64,000 bases of DNA from Bacilli bacterium (GTDB taxonomy: Bacteria > Bacillota_I > Bacilli_A > ML615J-28 > CAG-698): contig JAVBLL010000018.1 in assembly GCA_031553555.1 (NCBI GenBank), positions 62,191 to 126,190 of the forward strand, given 5' to 3'. Below the pieces are notes generated by a model. It was given only the letters and a program-made list of their open reading frames with translations. It did not search any database and was not told where the DNA came from. How positions within the stretch are numbered: position 1 is the first letter of the stretch; each line of letters starts with the position of its first letter. Made by a program: the position numbers and the translations under genes. Shown here piece by piece: positions 9,890 through 19,303 of this stretch.

Positions 9890-11719
9890 TTAATCATTAT
9901 GATTTCTACGAGCATCAAATTTTTTTCTTGAATTTGTATCTAAAATCTTTTTACGTAAACGAATATTACGTGGTGTTATTTCAACAAGTTCATCTTCATT
10001 AATATATTCTAGACACATTTCTAAACTCATTTTGCGAGGACGTTTCAAAACAACTGTAGTATCTTTTGATGAACTTCTTTGATTACTCATTTGTTTTGCT
10101 TTTACAACATTTACCGCTAAATCTTCTTCTTTACTACATTCCCCAACAATTTGGCCTTCATAAACAGCTTCATTTGGTTCTGTAAACATAATTCCACGAT
10201 CCTCAATTTGTCCAATTCCATAAGTTGTGGCTTTTCCTTCTTGAATAGCAACCAGTACGCCAAGCTTACGTTCACCTGTTGCAATGTTTTCTAATGGTCG
10301 ATACTCTAAAAAGTAATGGCTTATGCTACCATATCCTTTGGTTGCAGTCATAAAATCCGTTGATAAACCGATTAATCCACGAGAAGGAATCGTGTATATT
10401 AAACGCGTTTGCGTATTTCCACTTTCCATATTTTCCATGATTGCCCCTCGGCTACCAAGTAATTCAATTACATTACCAATCATATCATTAGGAGTATCAA
10501 TTTGAGCAAATTCATATGGCTCGTTTTTAACTCCATCAATTTCCTTTACGATAACTTCAGGGCGTGCTACTTGAAATTCATAACCTTCTCGACGCATATT
10601 TTCAATCAAAATACCCAAATGCAATTCTCCACGTCCAGAAACTACCCATTCTTCACCAGCACCAACACGACGAACTTTTAAGCTTACGTCTTTTTGAATT
10701 TCACGATATAAACGTTCATCAATCTTTGTTGAAGTGACAAATTTACCTTCTTTTCCAGAAAATGGTGAATCGTTTGTTGAAAAATTCATTTGCACTGTTG
10801 GTTCACTAATATGAATTAATGGTAATGCTTCTTCATGACCAATACTGCACACTGTCTCACCAACATATATATCTGGCAAACCCGCCATGGCTACTATATC
10901 ACCAGCACCTGCTTCATTAACTTCTGTTTTATTTAGACCTAAAAAACTATATATTTTTTGAATTCTAAATTGTTTATTAGTACCATCAGCACGCAAGCAG
11001 TTAACAACTTCGCCACTTTTCATAACACCTCGGCGAATACGGCCTATTGCCATACGGCCAACATAATCATTATAGTCCAATAGTGATCCTTGGAATTGCA
11101 GTCCTTCTCCAGCATTGGAAGCTGGGGCAGGAATTTCTTGAATTATTAAATCAAATAAAGGCTTCATAGACTCCTGTTGACTGGATAATTCACTAGACAA
11201 ACTACAAGTACCATGTAATGCACTAACATAGGCAACCTTAAAATCAGCCTGATTGTCAGATGCCCCAAGTTCAATAAACAAATCCAAAACTTCGTCAACT
11301 ACTTCATTAACACGTGCACTATCTTTATCAACTTTATTAATAACAACAATTGGTTTCAAATTGCATTCAAGAGATTTTTTTAAAACAAATCTTGTTTGGG
11401 GCATTGCTCCTTCATAAGCATCAACTACTAAGATTACCCCATCTACCATTGTCATAATACGTTCAACTTCTCCACTGAAATCAGCATGACCAGGGGTATC
11501 GAGAATATTGATTTTATAGCCATTATAACTAATAGCCGTATTTTTTGCTAAAATGGTAATTCCTCTTTCCCTTTCTAAATCATTTGAATCCATTACTCTA
11601 TCACCAGCATCATCACGATTTGATATTGTCTCAGACTTTTTTAATAGTTGATCCACTAAAGTTGTCTTTCCATGATCAACATGGGCAATAATGGCGATAT
11701 TTCTAATATTGTTATTCAT
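9890..11719 (-). CDS. typA: Translational GTPase TypA/BipA
   Basis: NIAIIAHVDHGKTTLVD G1 motif, DTPGHADF G3. 609 aa, typical TypA length and domain order. Confidence 0.9.
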   Translation of the reverse strand: MNNNIRNIAIIAHVDHGKTTLVDQLLKKSETISNRDDAGDRVMDSNDLERERGITILAKNTAISYNGYKINILDTPGHADFSGEVERIMTMVDGVILVVDAYEGAMPQTRFVLKKSLECNLKPIVVINKVDKDSARVNEVVDEVLDLFIELGASDNQADFKVAYVSALHGTCSLSSELSSQQESMKPLFDLIIQEIPAPASNAGEGLQFQGSLLDYNDYVGRMAIGRIRRGVMKSGEVVNCLRADGTNKQFRIQKIYSFLGLNKTEVNEAGAGDIVAMAGLPDIYVGETVCSIGHEEALPLIHISEPTVQMNFSTNDSPFSGKEGKFVTSTKIDERLYREIQKDVSLKVRRVGAGEEWVVSGRGELHLGILIENMRREGYEFQVARPEVIVKEIDGVKNEPYEFAQIDTPNDMIGNVIELLGSRGAIMENMESGNTQTRLIYTIPSRGLIGLSTDFMTATKGYGSISHYFLEYRPLENIATGERKLGVLVAIQEGKATTYGIGQIEDRGIMFTEPNEAVYEGQIVGECSKEEDLAVNVVKAKQMSNQRSSSKDTTVVLKRPRKMSLEMCLEYINEDELVEITPRNIRLRKKILDTNSRKKFDARRNHND

Positions 11720-11747
11720 TTTTTATTTACCAATTAAATTTAATTTA

Positions 11748-13274
11748 TTAAAATCTAATTTCTTTCATATTTAATTTTTTATATAATTCTTTTTCATGTG
11801 AAACAACAATTATTGTTCCGGGGTAAGCACTTAGGGCTTGATATAAGGCCTCCTTAGCGTTTTTATCTAAGTGATTAGTAGGTTCATCAAGAATTAAGAG
11901 ATTGGAACTCTCTAGTGATAACAAAGCAAAACGACATTTTGTTTGTTCACCACCACTTAATTCTTTCATTGACTTTATAACCAAATCACCAATAATTGCA
12001 TATTGAGCAAGTAAATCACGAATACTTTTATTGTCCATTTTTGGATAAAAAGTGCGAATATATTCAATTGCTGTAATATCAGGAATATTTATTTCTTGAC
12101 AAAAATAGGCTACATCATTATAAGTAGACATTTTAAAGTTACCAGCCAATGGCGGAACTTGTCCGAGCAAAGTCTTCAACAAAGTTGTTTTACCAATACC
12201 ATTTTTACCAATAATCATATATTTTTCGCCAAAAGCAATATCCAAACTAATATTTTCTAATATTGGTGATGTATATCCAATAGTTAAATTTTTTGTTTGA
12301 ATAGCTTTTAGATTAAAAGATTTTGTGAACGGAAACTGAAAATGAATTTTTTTTTCATTTTGCGGTTTATCTAGAACTACCATCTTTTCAAGTTGCTTTC
12401 TTCGACTTTGTGCTTGTTTAGTTGTTGAAGCTCTAACGATGTTTTTAGCAATATATTCTTCTGTACGCTTAATTTCTTTTTGCTGTTTACTATACTCTTT
12501 TTGATATGTTTCCATATTCATCGTTCGCATTTGAAGATAATTAGTATAATTCCCTTTATATTTCGTCATTTTCTTATTTTCAATTGAAACAATAATATTA
12601 CAACATGAATCTAAAAAATCAGCATTATGACTAATAACTAAAAAACTATTTGGATAATTAACTAAAAATTTACTTAACCATTCAATATGTTGGACATCAA
12701 GAAAGTTAGTTGGTTCATCAAGTAATAAAACATCTTTTTCTTCAAGTAACATTTTACCTAAAAAAACTTTGGCTCTTTGACCACCACTAAGTTCATTCAA
12801 TAAACAATCCTCTTCAATTATAATGCCTAAACCATTTATAACATTATTAATCTTCGATTTTATTGCATAAAATTCTTGAGAGTCTAATTCTTCTTGAATA
12901 TTATATGCCTTATTTAGTATTTTATCATATTGACTAGCATCAATAAATGCTAGTGATTCATAAAGTCTTTGCATTTCCGCTTCTCTTTTAAAAAGATTTG
13001 CATAAACGTCATATAAATAATCATAAATAGTTTGCTTATCATCAACAACCAAATGTTGATCTAAATATGTTATTTTTTTGGTATGATCCCAAACAATGCT
13101 CCCCATATCAGGAGTCAACTTCCCAGATAGCAGATTCATAAATGTAGTTTTGCCAGCCCCATTTAAACCAACAATGCCAACATGCTCACCATCAAAAATA
13201 CGTAAATTGAGATCATTAAACAATTCATTGTCTGTATAAGCGAAGCGCAAGTTATTTATTTCTAAAATACTCAT
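11748..13274 (-). CDS. ABC-F family ATPase (two tandem ABC domains, no TM segments; short linker, housekeeping type)
   Basis: Two Walker A motifs (GLNGAGKTT, GKNGIGKTT) and two signature motifs (LSGGQRAKV, LSGGEQTKC). Confidence 0.85.
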   Translation of the reverse strand: MSILEINNLRFAYTDNELFNDLNLRIFDGEHVGIVGLNGAGKTTFMNLLSGKLTPDMGSIVWDHTKKITYLDQHLVVDDKQTIYDYLYDVYANLFKREAEMQRLYESLAFIDASQYDKILNKAYNIQEELDSQEFYAIKSKINNVINGLGIIIEEDCLLNELSGGQRAKVFLGKMLLEEKDVLLLDEPTNFLDVQHIEWLSKFLVNYPNSFLVISHNADFLDSCCNIIVSIENKKMTKYKGNYTNYLQMRTMNMETYQKEYSKQQKEIKRTEEYIAKNIVRASTTKQAQSRRKQLEKMVVLDKPQNEKKIHFQFPFTKSFNLKAIQTKNLTIGYTSPILENISLDIAFGEKYMIIGKNGIGKTTLLKTLLGQVPPLAGNFKMSTYNDVAYFCQEINIPDITAIEYIRTFYPKMDNKSIRDLLAQYAIIGDLVIKSMKELSGGEQTKCRFALLSLESSNLLILDEPTNHLDKNAKEALYQALSAYPGTIIVVSHEKELYKKLNMKEIRF

Positions 13275-13357
13275 AGATAACTGACCCTCCTAAATAGTAA
13301 TTATAACATAAAATATGGTTTTTTTCAAGTTTTTGTATGTACTTTTAAAACAATTTA

Positions 13358-13366
13358 TGATAAAAT
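13358..13366 (+). promoter_or_regulatory. Extended -10 promoter element (TGaTAAAAT) placing TSS at the riboswitch 5' end
   Basis: TGATAAAAT at 13358-13366, about 8 nt before the P1 stem. No good -35, as is typical of extended -10 promoters. Confidence 0.35.
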
Positions 13367-13373
13367 ATATCTC

Positions 13374-13414
13374 GGATGTTCCTTGCTAAACCATCCAAAT
13401 AAAAAACAAGGAGG
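13374..13414 (+). promoter_or_regulatory. preQ1-I (class I) riboswitch
   Basis: 5-bp P1 GGAUG/CAUCC. Loop UUCCUUGCUAAAC (compare B. subtilis queC UUCUAGCUACA). A-rich tail AAAUAAAAAACAAGGAGG overlapping the SD. Immediately upstream of a QueT-type gene. Confidence 0.7.
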
Positions 13415-13418
13415 AAAA

Positions 13419-13904
13419 ATGAAAACAAATATTCGCTCAATTGTACGAATAGGAATTATTGCTGGAATGTATATTGTCTTAACAATTATCAATCCATTTT
13501 CTTATGATAGCATTCAATTTAGAATATCAGAGATTTTGATGCTTTTATGCTTTTTTAGAAAAGATTATTCCATTGCTTTAATAATCGGCTGTTTTATATC
13601 TAATATCTTCAGCCCGATTGCACTAGATATGCTCTTTGGTACTCTTGCAACTGCTATTGCAGCCTTATGTATTATGTATAGTAAAAACATTTATTTAAGC
13701 ATTATTTATCCAATTATTTTCAATGGATTAATTGTTGCTTTTGAATTATACATAACAATTCAAGAACCTTTCTTATTCAGTTTATTGACTGTTTCATTAG
13801 GCGAAGCTGTCGTAATGATAATCGGACTAATAATTTTTGTTCCATTAAGAAAGAATTCCCAATTTATGAATATTATTCAAGCAAACCAAAATTTATTAGA
13901 ATAA
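13419..13904 (+). CDS. queT: QueT-family queuosine-precursor transporter (ECF S-component-like, ~5 TM)
   Basis: 161-aa polytopic membrane protein with QFRISE motif. AAGGAGG RBS 5 nt upstream of ATG. ORF-track TTG start at 13383 lies inside the riboswitch and is rejected. Confidence 0.6.
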   Translation: MKTNIRSIVRIGIIAGMYIVLTIINPFSYDSIQFRISEILMLLCFFRKDYSIALIIGCFISNIFSPIALDMLFGTLATAIAALCIMYSKNIYLSIIYPIIFNGLIVAFELYITIQEPFLFSLLTVSLGEAVVMIIGLIIFVPLRKNSQFMNIIQANQNLLE

Positions 13905-13905
13905 C

Positions 13906-13951
13906 AAAAAGTACTGCATTAGTTAACTATAAACTACTACAGTACTTTTTT
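13906..13951. terminator. Bidirectional rho-independent terminator (queT / sensor kinase convergent pair)
   Basis: 11-bp stem AAAAAGTACTG/CAGTACTTTTT flanked by an A-run and a T-run. Confidence 0.65.
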
Positions 13952-14024
13952 GATTGATCTTGGTCTTAATTAAGCTATTCGCAAATAATGATTTTATTTT
14001 ATCTTTTAATATTCTCCCTATTAA

Positions 14025-15032
14025 TTATAAACCTAGTTCAACAACAAATTTTGAGCCTTTTTCTTCAAAGCTTTCTAGTAAAATTTTGCCATTTAATTTA
14101 TCAACAATTTTCTTCGTAATCGCTAAACCTAAACCCGTGCTTTTTGTATTACGAGATTGACTGCCTGTAAAGAACTGATTAAATATTTGCGTTTGATTCT
14201 CTTTTGATATGCCGATACCAGTATCAATTATTTCAAATACTAGTTGTTCTTTTTTACTTAAATTAATTGTGATATTGCCATTATTAAGATTGTACTTAAT
14301 GGCATTAGATATTAAATTCATCCATATCAAATAAGTGAGTTGTTCATTTCCGGTTATCTCAACCTCTTCTAAATTGACATCTAGATTTATATTTTTATCT
14401 TGCCATTCTTTTTGCATTAACAAAACAACTTTACGAATTTGCATATCGACTCTAAAAACATCTTCCTTTCTAATTATATTAGTGGATTCAAGTAAAGATA
14501 TTTCTAGCATTTGTTTACACAAGTCATTTAAACGAACGGCTTCTTCAAGAATAATTTCTGAATATTCTTTTATTTCCTTGTTACTTAGTTTTTGATGCAC
14601 CATTAAATCAGAAAAGCCAATAATAGAACTAATCGGAGTTTTTAACTCATGGGAAACATTCTTAATAAATTCTTTGTTTAAATATTCATTTGCTTTTAGT
14701 TCTTTAGTCATACGATTGAATTCTGTTGTTAAATCGCTAATCTCATCATGTCCCTTAACACTTAGTTCAACATCATAATTTCCTTTTGATACTTCCTTTA
14801 ATGAGGTATTGAGATTAGCAATACGCTTTACTAACATTTTTCTAGTCAATAAATAATAAACAGCAAATCCGCCAAAAATAGAAATGATAACAATAGGAAA
14901 AGGCGTTCTTCTCATAAAGTCCATATTCAACCATAAATGATTAAGGAGAATAAATACTAACATGCAAATAGCTGTTGCACATACAAATGATAATATTGAT
15001 ATAAGAAATAGTTTTAAAGATAATTTTTTCAT
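14025..15032 (-). CDS. Intramembrane-sensing sensor histidine kinase (BceS-like)
   Basis: Two N-terminal TM helices with minimal loop. HisKA H-box SHELKTPISSIIGF. HATPase N/G boxes. Confidence 0.8.
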   Translation of the reverse strand: MKKLSLKLFLISILSFVCATAICMLVFILLNHLWLNMDFMRRTPFPIVIISIFGGFAVYYLLTRKMLVKRIANLNTSLKEVSKGNYDVELSVKGHDEISDLTTEFNRMTKELKANEYLNKEFIKNVSHELKTPISSIIGFSDLMVHQKLSNKEIKEYSEIILEEAVRLNDLCKQMLEISLLESTNIIRKEDVFRVDMQIRKVVLLMQKEWQDKNINLDVNLEEVEITGNEQLTYLIWMNLISNAIKYNLNNGNITINLSKKEQLVFEIIDTGIGISKENQTQIFNQFFTGSQSRNTKSTGLGLAITKKIVDKLNGKILLESFEEKGSKFVVELGL

Positions 15033-15697
15033 TTTAATATCACCTTATAACCTAATCCCCTGACAGCAATTATTTCAAATGCATCAGTGTTTAATTTTTC
15101 TCTAATTTTGTTAATATGAACATCAACAGTACGATCAATACTTAAAGAATCATAACCCCATATTTCATTTAATAAATCCTCCCTGCTATAGATTCTACCA
15201 GGAGTAGCGATTAATTTATATAATAACAGGAATTCTTTTTTTGCTAGAACAATTTCTTCATCGCCTTTATAAATTGCTAATTTATTATAATCTAAAACTA
15301 TATTTTTATGTTTTAATGTCTTGGCATTAACAATATTGTATCTTCTTAAAAGGGCATTAATTCTAATAATCAACTCATCAAAATTAATAGGTTTTGTTAG
15401 ATAATCATCTGCTCCGCCTTCAAAACTCAATTTCTTATCAGCAATCGTATCTAATGCTGTAAGGATAATGATTGGAAAATCATTTTTTAATAATCGAATT
15501 TCTGAAATTAATTGATTTCCATTTATATAGGGCATCATTATGTCACTAATTAATAAATCGAATTTCTCATTTTGAAATACATGTAATGCTTCTTTACCAT
15601 CACTACATTCAATGACATTGAACCCTGCCAAATCTAAATGCTTACATAATAAAGTTCGTAAATGAGCATCATCTTCAACTAATAATATTTTAAACAT
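15029..15697 (-). CDS. OmpR-family response regulator
   Basis: REC domain (LLVEDD, D at LISDIMMP) plus winged-helix Trans_reg_C domain. 4-nt overlap with the kinase gene. Confidence 0.85.
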   Translation of the reverse strand: MFKILLVEDDAHLRTLLCKHLDLAGFNVIECSDGKEALHVFQNEKFDLLISDIMMPYINGNQLISEIRLLKNDFPIIILTALDTIADKKLSFEGGADDYLTKPINFDELIIRINALLRRYNIVNAKTLKHKNIVLDYNKLAIYKGDEEIVLAKKEFLLLYKLIATPGRIYSREDLLNEIWGYDSLSIDRTVDVHINKIREKLNTDAFEIIAVRGLGYKVILK

Positions 15698-15721
15698 AAT
15701 TTTCCCTCCAATTCAAGTTTA

Positions 15722-18034
15722 TTATTCCGTTCTTAGAGCTAATACCGGATCCTTTTTTGCAGCTATTCGACTTGGGAATAAACCAGCAATAAAAGTTAAT
15801 GCCATACTTAATACAATCAAAATAATAGCATGTGTTATGGAAAGTTTGGCAATATTAGAAACTCCCACTAAACTACTGACAATCGCATTAATCGGCAAAC
15901 TTAATAACAATGCCAAAATAATTCCAATAATTCCCGATGTGAAACCAATAATAATCGTTTCAGCATTAAATAAACGAGATATGTCTTTTTTTCTAGCTCC
16001 AATAGCTCTCAAAATACCAATTTCTTTAGTTCTTTCAATGACGGATACGTACGTAATAATACCAATCATAATAGATGAAACAACTAGTGATATTCCGGCA
16101 AATGCTGATAATATAATAGTAATTGTATTAATTAAAGTACTTGTCATACTAGAAATTGTTTCAGCCATATCAGTATAGACAATTTGTTCACTTTCAGCCT
16201 TATTAGTATTATAACTATCTAAATATTCTTTTATTGTTTCTTTTGTTGAAAAGTCTTTAGGATATATTTGAATACCCGTTGGTGATGTATCCGCACCAAT
16301 TTCCAACATAACACTTTCATAAGTGACCATAGCATTAAACACATCCCCAGTCAATACATTTTTTGTATTGCCATAAGTTTTTTGCGCTGAAACAATATTA
16401 GAGCTTTGAGCATCCTCAAGCATCATATCCGTTAAAGCCTTTGTATACACAATTCCAGTTGATAATAACTCAGTACTCGCTGATTCATTAACTCGCATAA
16501 TCGCCGTTATTTTTAAAGTAATGCTATTTTCATCATTATAAAGATTGGCGTAATCATTTCTTTCACTATAAACACCTTCATTACTTACAGCATAATACGT
16601 ATTATTAGGCATTACTTTTAATTCTCTACCAATTAAATCATCAAAACTATATGTTTCATTGATATTAATCCCCAGTTGATTTAAAACATTTATATCTATG
16701 TGGTTTGATTTATCAACTACTAAAGCAACCTCATAGGCGCTACTTGGGAAATTACCATATAAATAATCATATTGTGAAGCAATAAAACTTTCATTATTCG
16801 GCATTTCACTTAAAATAGAACTATTTCTAGAAGAGGACTGCGATGTCTGTAATTTTATATATGATCCCGTATCTGTTTTAACCAAAACGTTTAAACCTAT
16901 TCCATATGAATAAGTGATAGAATTATATAAACTGGAATCCATATTATTTAAATAAGCAATATACTCATTAGTAAATAGGTTGGTATGCTGAACACGGTTA
17001 GCACTTGAATCATATGAATATAATTCTTTTTTATCCGTAAAAGCTGTACCATTATTAGTACTATTATTGTTTAACATTCCGTCCATTCTATTTGCCGTGG
17101 TTGTTTTGGAAATAGTAAGCGGAAAACCTGCTAAAGTATCACTTTGCATTGTTTGTATATAACTAGACATACCATTTGAAATTGATAAAACTAAAGCTAT
17201 TCCTAAAATCCCAATACTTCCAGCAATGGCAGTAATAACCGTTCGAGCTTTTTTGGTCATTAAATTCTTAAAACTATGTCTAATGGCGGTTACAAAAGAC
17301 ATCGAGGTTTTTTTATTTGTCAGTTTTTCTTTTGTTTCAACTTTTTCATCTTTTAATATTAATTTATTAGAATCATCAGCAACTTCACCATCAATTAACC
17401 TGATTATGCGATCACTATAAGCTTCTGCCAATTTTTCATTATGAGTTACCATAACAACTAAATGATTTTCACTTATCTTCTTCAATATTTCCATAATCTG
17501 AACACTTATTTTTGTATCAAGAGCACCTGTTGGTTCATCACATAGTAGGATTCTTGGATTATTCACTAAAGCTCTAGCAATAGCGACACGTTGCATTTGA
17601 CCACCTGACAATTGATTTGGTCGCTTATAAAATTGACTTTCAAGCCCAACACTCATCAAAGCTTGTTTAGCCCTTTCGTTTCTTTCCGTGATTCCCACTC
17701 CCGATAAAGTCATAGCAATTGAAACATTTTCCAAAACACTCAAATGTGATATCAAATTATAGTTTTGAAAAACAATCCCAATTTCTTTGTTCCTATAACT
17801 ATCCCATTCACCATCACTAAAATCTTTAGTGCTTTTTCCATCAATTAGTAAGTCCCCGCTAGTATACTTATCTAAACCACCAATAATATTTAACAAAGTA
17901 GTCTTCCCACAACCAGATGGTCCAAGAACAGACACAAATTCATTTTCTCTAAAATCTAGATTAATTCCACGTAGTGCAGGTACTTTTTCATTTCCTACAA
18001 CATAATCTTTTTTGATGTTAATTAATTTCAGCAT
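15722..18034 (-). CDS. Fused ABC ATP-binding domain + FtsX-type permease (BceAB-like detox transporter, single polypeptide)
   Basis: Walker A GPSGCGKTT, LSGGQMQRVAIARAL, Walker B LLCDEPT. C-terminal FtsX (ILRAIGARKKDISRLF). First gene of ABC-RR-HK operon. Confidence 0.8.
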   Translation of the reverse strand: MLKLINIKKDYVVGNEKVPALRGINLDFRENEFVSVLGPSGCGKTTLLNIIGGLDKYTSGDLLIDGKSTKDFSDGEWDSYRNKEIGIVFQNYNLISHLSVLENVSIAMTLSGVGITERNERAKQALMSVGLESQFYKRPNQLSGGQMQRVAIARALVNNPRILLCDEPTGALDTKISVQIMEILKKISENHLVVMVTHNEKLAEAYSDRIIRLIDGEVADDSNKLILKDEKVETKEKLTNKKTSMSFVTAIRHSFKNLMTKKARTVITAIAGSIGILGIALVLSISNGMSSYIQTMQSDTLAGFPLTISKTTTANRMDGMLNNNSTNNGTAFTDKKELYSYDSSANRVQHTNLFTNEYIAYLNNMDSSLYNSITYSYGIGLNVLVKTDTGSYIKLQTSQSSSRNSSILSEMPNNESFIASQYDYLYGNFPSSAYEVALVVDKSNHIDINVLNQLGININETYSFDDLIGRELKVMPNNTYYAVSNEGVYSERNDYANLYNDENSITLKITAIMRVNESASTELLSTGIVYTKALTDMMLEDAQSSNIVSAQKTYGNTKNVLTGDVFNAMVTYESVMLEIGADTSPTGIQIYPKDFSTKETIKEYLDSYNTNKAESEQIVYTDMAETISSMTSTLINTITIILSAFAGISLVVSSIMIGIITYVSVIERTKEIGILRAIGARKKDISRLFNAETIIIGFTSGIIGIILALLLSLPINAIVSSLVGVSNIAKLSITHAIILIVLSMALTFIAGLFPSRIAAKKDPVLALRTE

Positions 18035-18108
18035 TTTATTTATCTCCTTCTAACAACTACCATTATATAGTTGAATTGTTAAGTGGAAATAAAGTTTGTT
18101 TGCTTTAT

Positions 18109-18134
18109 GTTTAACGTTAAGTTTAGTTTAAGAT
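18109..18134 (-). promoter_or_regulatory. Candidate response-regulator box: four imperfect GTTTAR direct repeats plus TTAAGA-TT-TCTTAA palindrome ~80-100 nt upstream of the ABC-RR-HK operon
   Basis: GTTTAAC GTTAAG TTTAG TTTAAG at 18109-18132. Palindrome at 18121-18134. Confidence 0.25.
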
Positions 18135-18142
18135 TTCTTAAG

Positions 18143-18508
18143 TTATCTATTGCTCTCCATTAATATTTCAATATCCAAATATTTTTCTTGAAAATGAACT
18201 GCTTTTAATATTTCTTCTTTTGTGAATTTTTTATTTGATACAACCAGTTTATTCTCAATGTCGTTTTTACGATTAATAATAGCAATTACTTTTCCTTCGA
18301 ATTTTGTAATTGGTTCTTTTATTCCTAAAACATAAGCGTCTTGCTCTTCACCGTCAATTGCCAAAGCATGAGGAATATAACCATAGTTTGATTCATATAT
18401 TAAATCTTTATACTGAGGATGCCTACTACCTAGTGGTCTATCAATAATGACCTTAACAATTTCACCTAGCATTATTCTATTTAGATTTTTATTATCCAAT
18501 TCTTCCAT
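18143..18508 (-). CDS. Mini inorganic-pyrophosphatase-like protein (family I PPase core only, acidic triad partly substituted)
   Basis: DRPLGSRHPQY...NYGYIPHALAIDGEEQDAYVL aligns to E. coli Ppa [32 protein letters not shown]. Lacks the ~40 N-terminal and ~20 C-terminal residues of canonical PPase. Confidence 0.4.
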   Translation of the reverse strand: MEELDNKNLNRIMLGEIVKVIIDRPLGSRHPQYKDLIYESNYGYIPHALAIDGEEQDAYVLGIKEPITKFEGKVIAIINRKNDIENKLVVSNKKFTKEEILKAVHFQEKYLDIEILMESNR

Positions 18509-18694
18509 AATATTTCTCTCATCTTTTAATTAGTCATATAATATATCTCAAATTATTATATCAATAAATTAAACAAAATACAATAATTACTAATATAAAA
18601 CTATTGTATATTATTTATAAAATAAAAAGCCGAAACTATGATTAAAACTAATCAACTATTCGACTTTATGCTTTACAATATTAAAATATTTTGT

Positions 18695-18717
18695 TTTTCA
18701 TAGAAAACTATTAAAAA
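18695..18717 (-). promoter_or_regulatory. Conserved motif copy A (TTTTC-N3-GAAAA inverted repeat + TATTAAAAA)
   Basis: ttttcatagaaaactattaaaaa. 21/23 identical to copy B at 19304-19326. Confidence 0.35.
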
Positions 18718-18767
18718 TTTTTTTGCCTCTTACACTCTATATCTATCAGGATTAAAAGTAAATGCTT

Positions 18768-19223
18768 CTATTCTCTCCACATAATATATGCATCTTCTTT
18801 AGATATCTCATAATAGTTTTCTTTGAATTCTACTATTTTAAAACCAAAGTTTTCATACATTTTTAAAGCAGGGTTTTTTGTATTAACTTCTAACTTTATT
18901 TTTTCAAGCCTCAATTGTTTTGCAGTATCTAACATTTTTTGCATCATAGCTTTTCCAATTCCATTTTGACGATATTCTTCTTTAACACCTAATGTTGCAA
19001 TTTTACAGTAATTAGGTACTTTATAGTTAATATTATACATACCACAATACCCTGCTAATTTCCCTTTATAAAATGCTTTATAATAATATCCTTCAAGATT
19101 ATTTAAACCCTCTTTAAACCAATCAATTGGCCATGGATCATCTTTAAAGATATCTAAATTCATTTGATATACAATATCTAAATCATTACTATCCATTTTT
19201 TCAATTATTATTTTATCTTCCAT
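18768..19223 (-). CDS. GNAT family N-acetyltransferase
   Basis: Acetyl-CoA motif RQNGIGKAMMQKM. Start placed at MEDKIIIEKM (ATG 19223, AAGAGG RBS). The 29 codons upstream in the track ORF look non-coding. Confidence 0.7.
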   Translation of the reverse strand: MEDKIIIEKMDSNDLDIVYQMNLDIFKDDPWPIDWFKEGLNNLEGYYYKAFYKGKLAGYCGMYNINYKVPNYCKIATLGVKEEYRQNGIGKAMMQKMLDTAKQLRLEKIKLEVNTKNPALKMYENFGFKIVEFKENYYEISKEDAYIMWRE

Positions 19224-19303
19224 TATGTTACCTCTTAATAAATATAATCTTATTAAAACTATTTTTTTAAATCTAAATTGAAACAGATTAAACGGTATAT
19301 TGC

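Noticed and set aside
11748-13274. ABC-F protein as an antibiotic-resistance (ARE) ribosomal-protection factor
   Set aside because: The inter-domain linker is short (~60 aa) and lacks the extended antibiotic-resistance domain of Vga/Lsa/OptrA-type proteins. It is more consistent with a housekeeping translation-factor ABC-F such as YdiF or Uup.
13383-13418. TTG start codon for the queT ORF as given in the six-frame track (MLNHPNKKQGGK...)
   Set aside because: The extension runs through the preQ1 aptamer stem-loop. A canonical AAGGAGG-N5-ATG start exists at 13419, so the upstream codons are riboswitch RNA, not protein.
18695-18717. Interpretation of the TTTTC-N3-GAAAA motif as a CodY box
   Set aside because: The CodY consensus AATTTTCWGAAAATT has a single-nucleotide spacer between half-sites. 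Here the spacer is 3 nt in both copies, so a different regulator is more likely.
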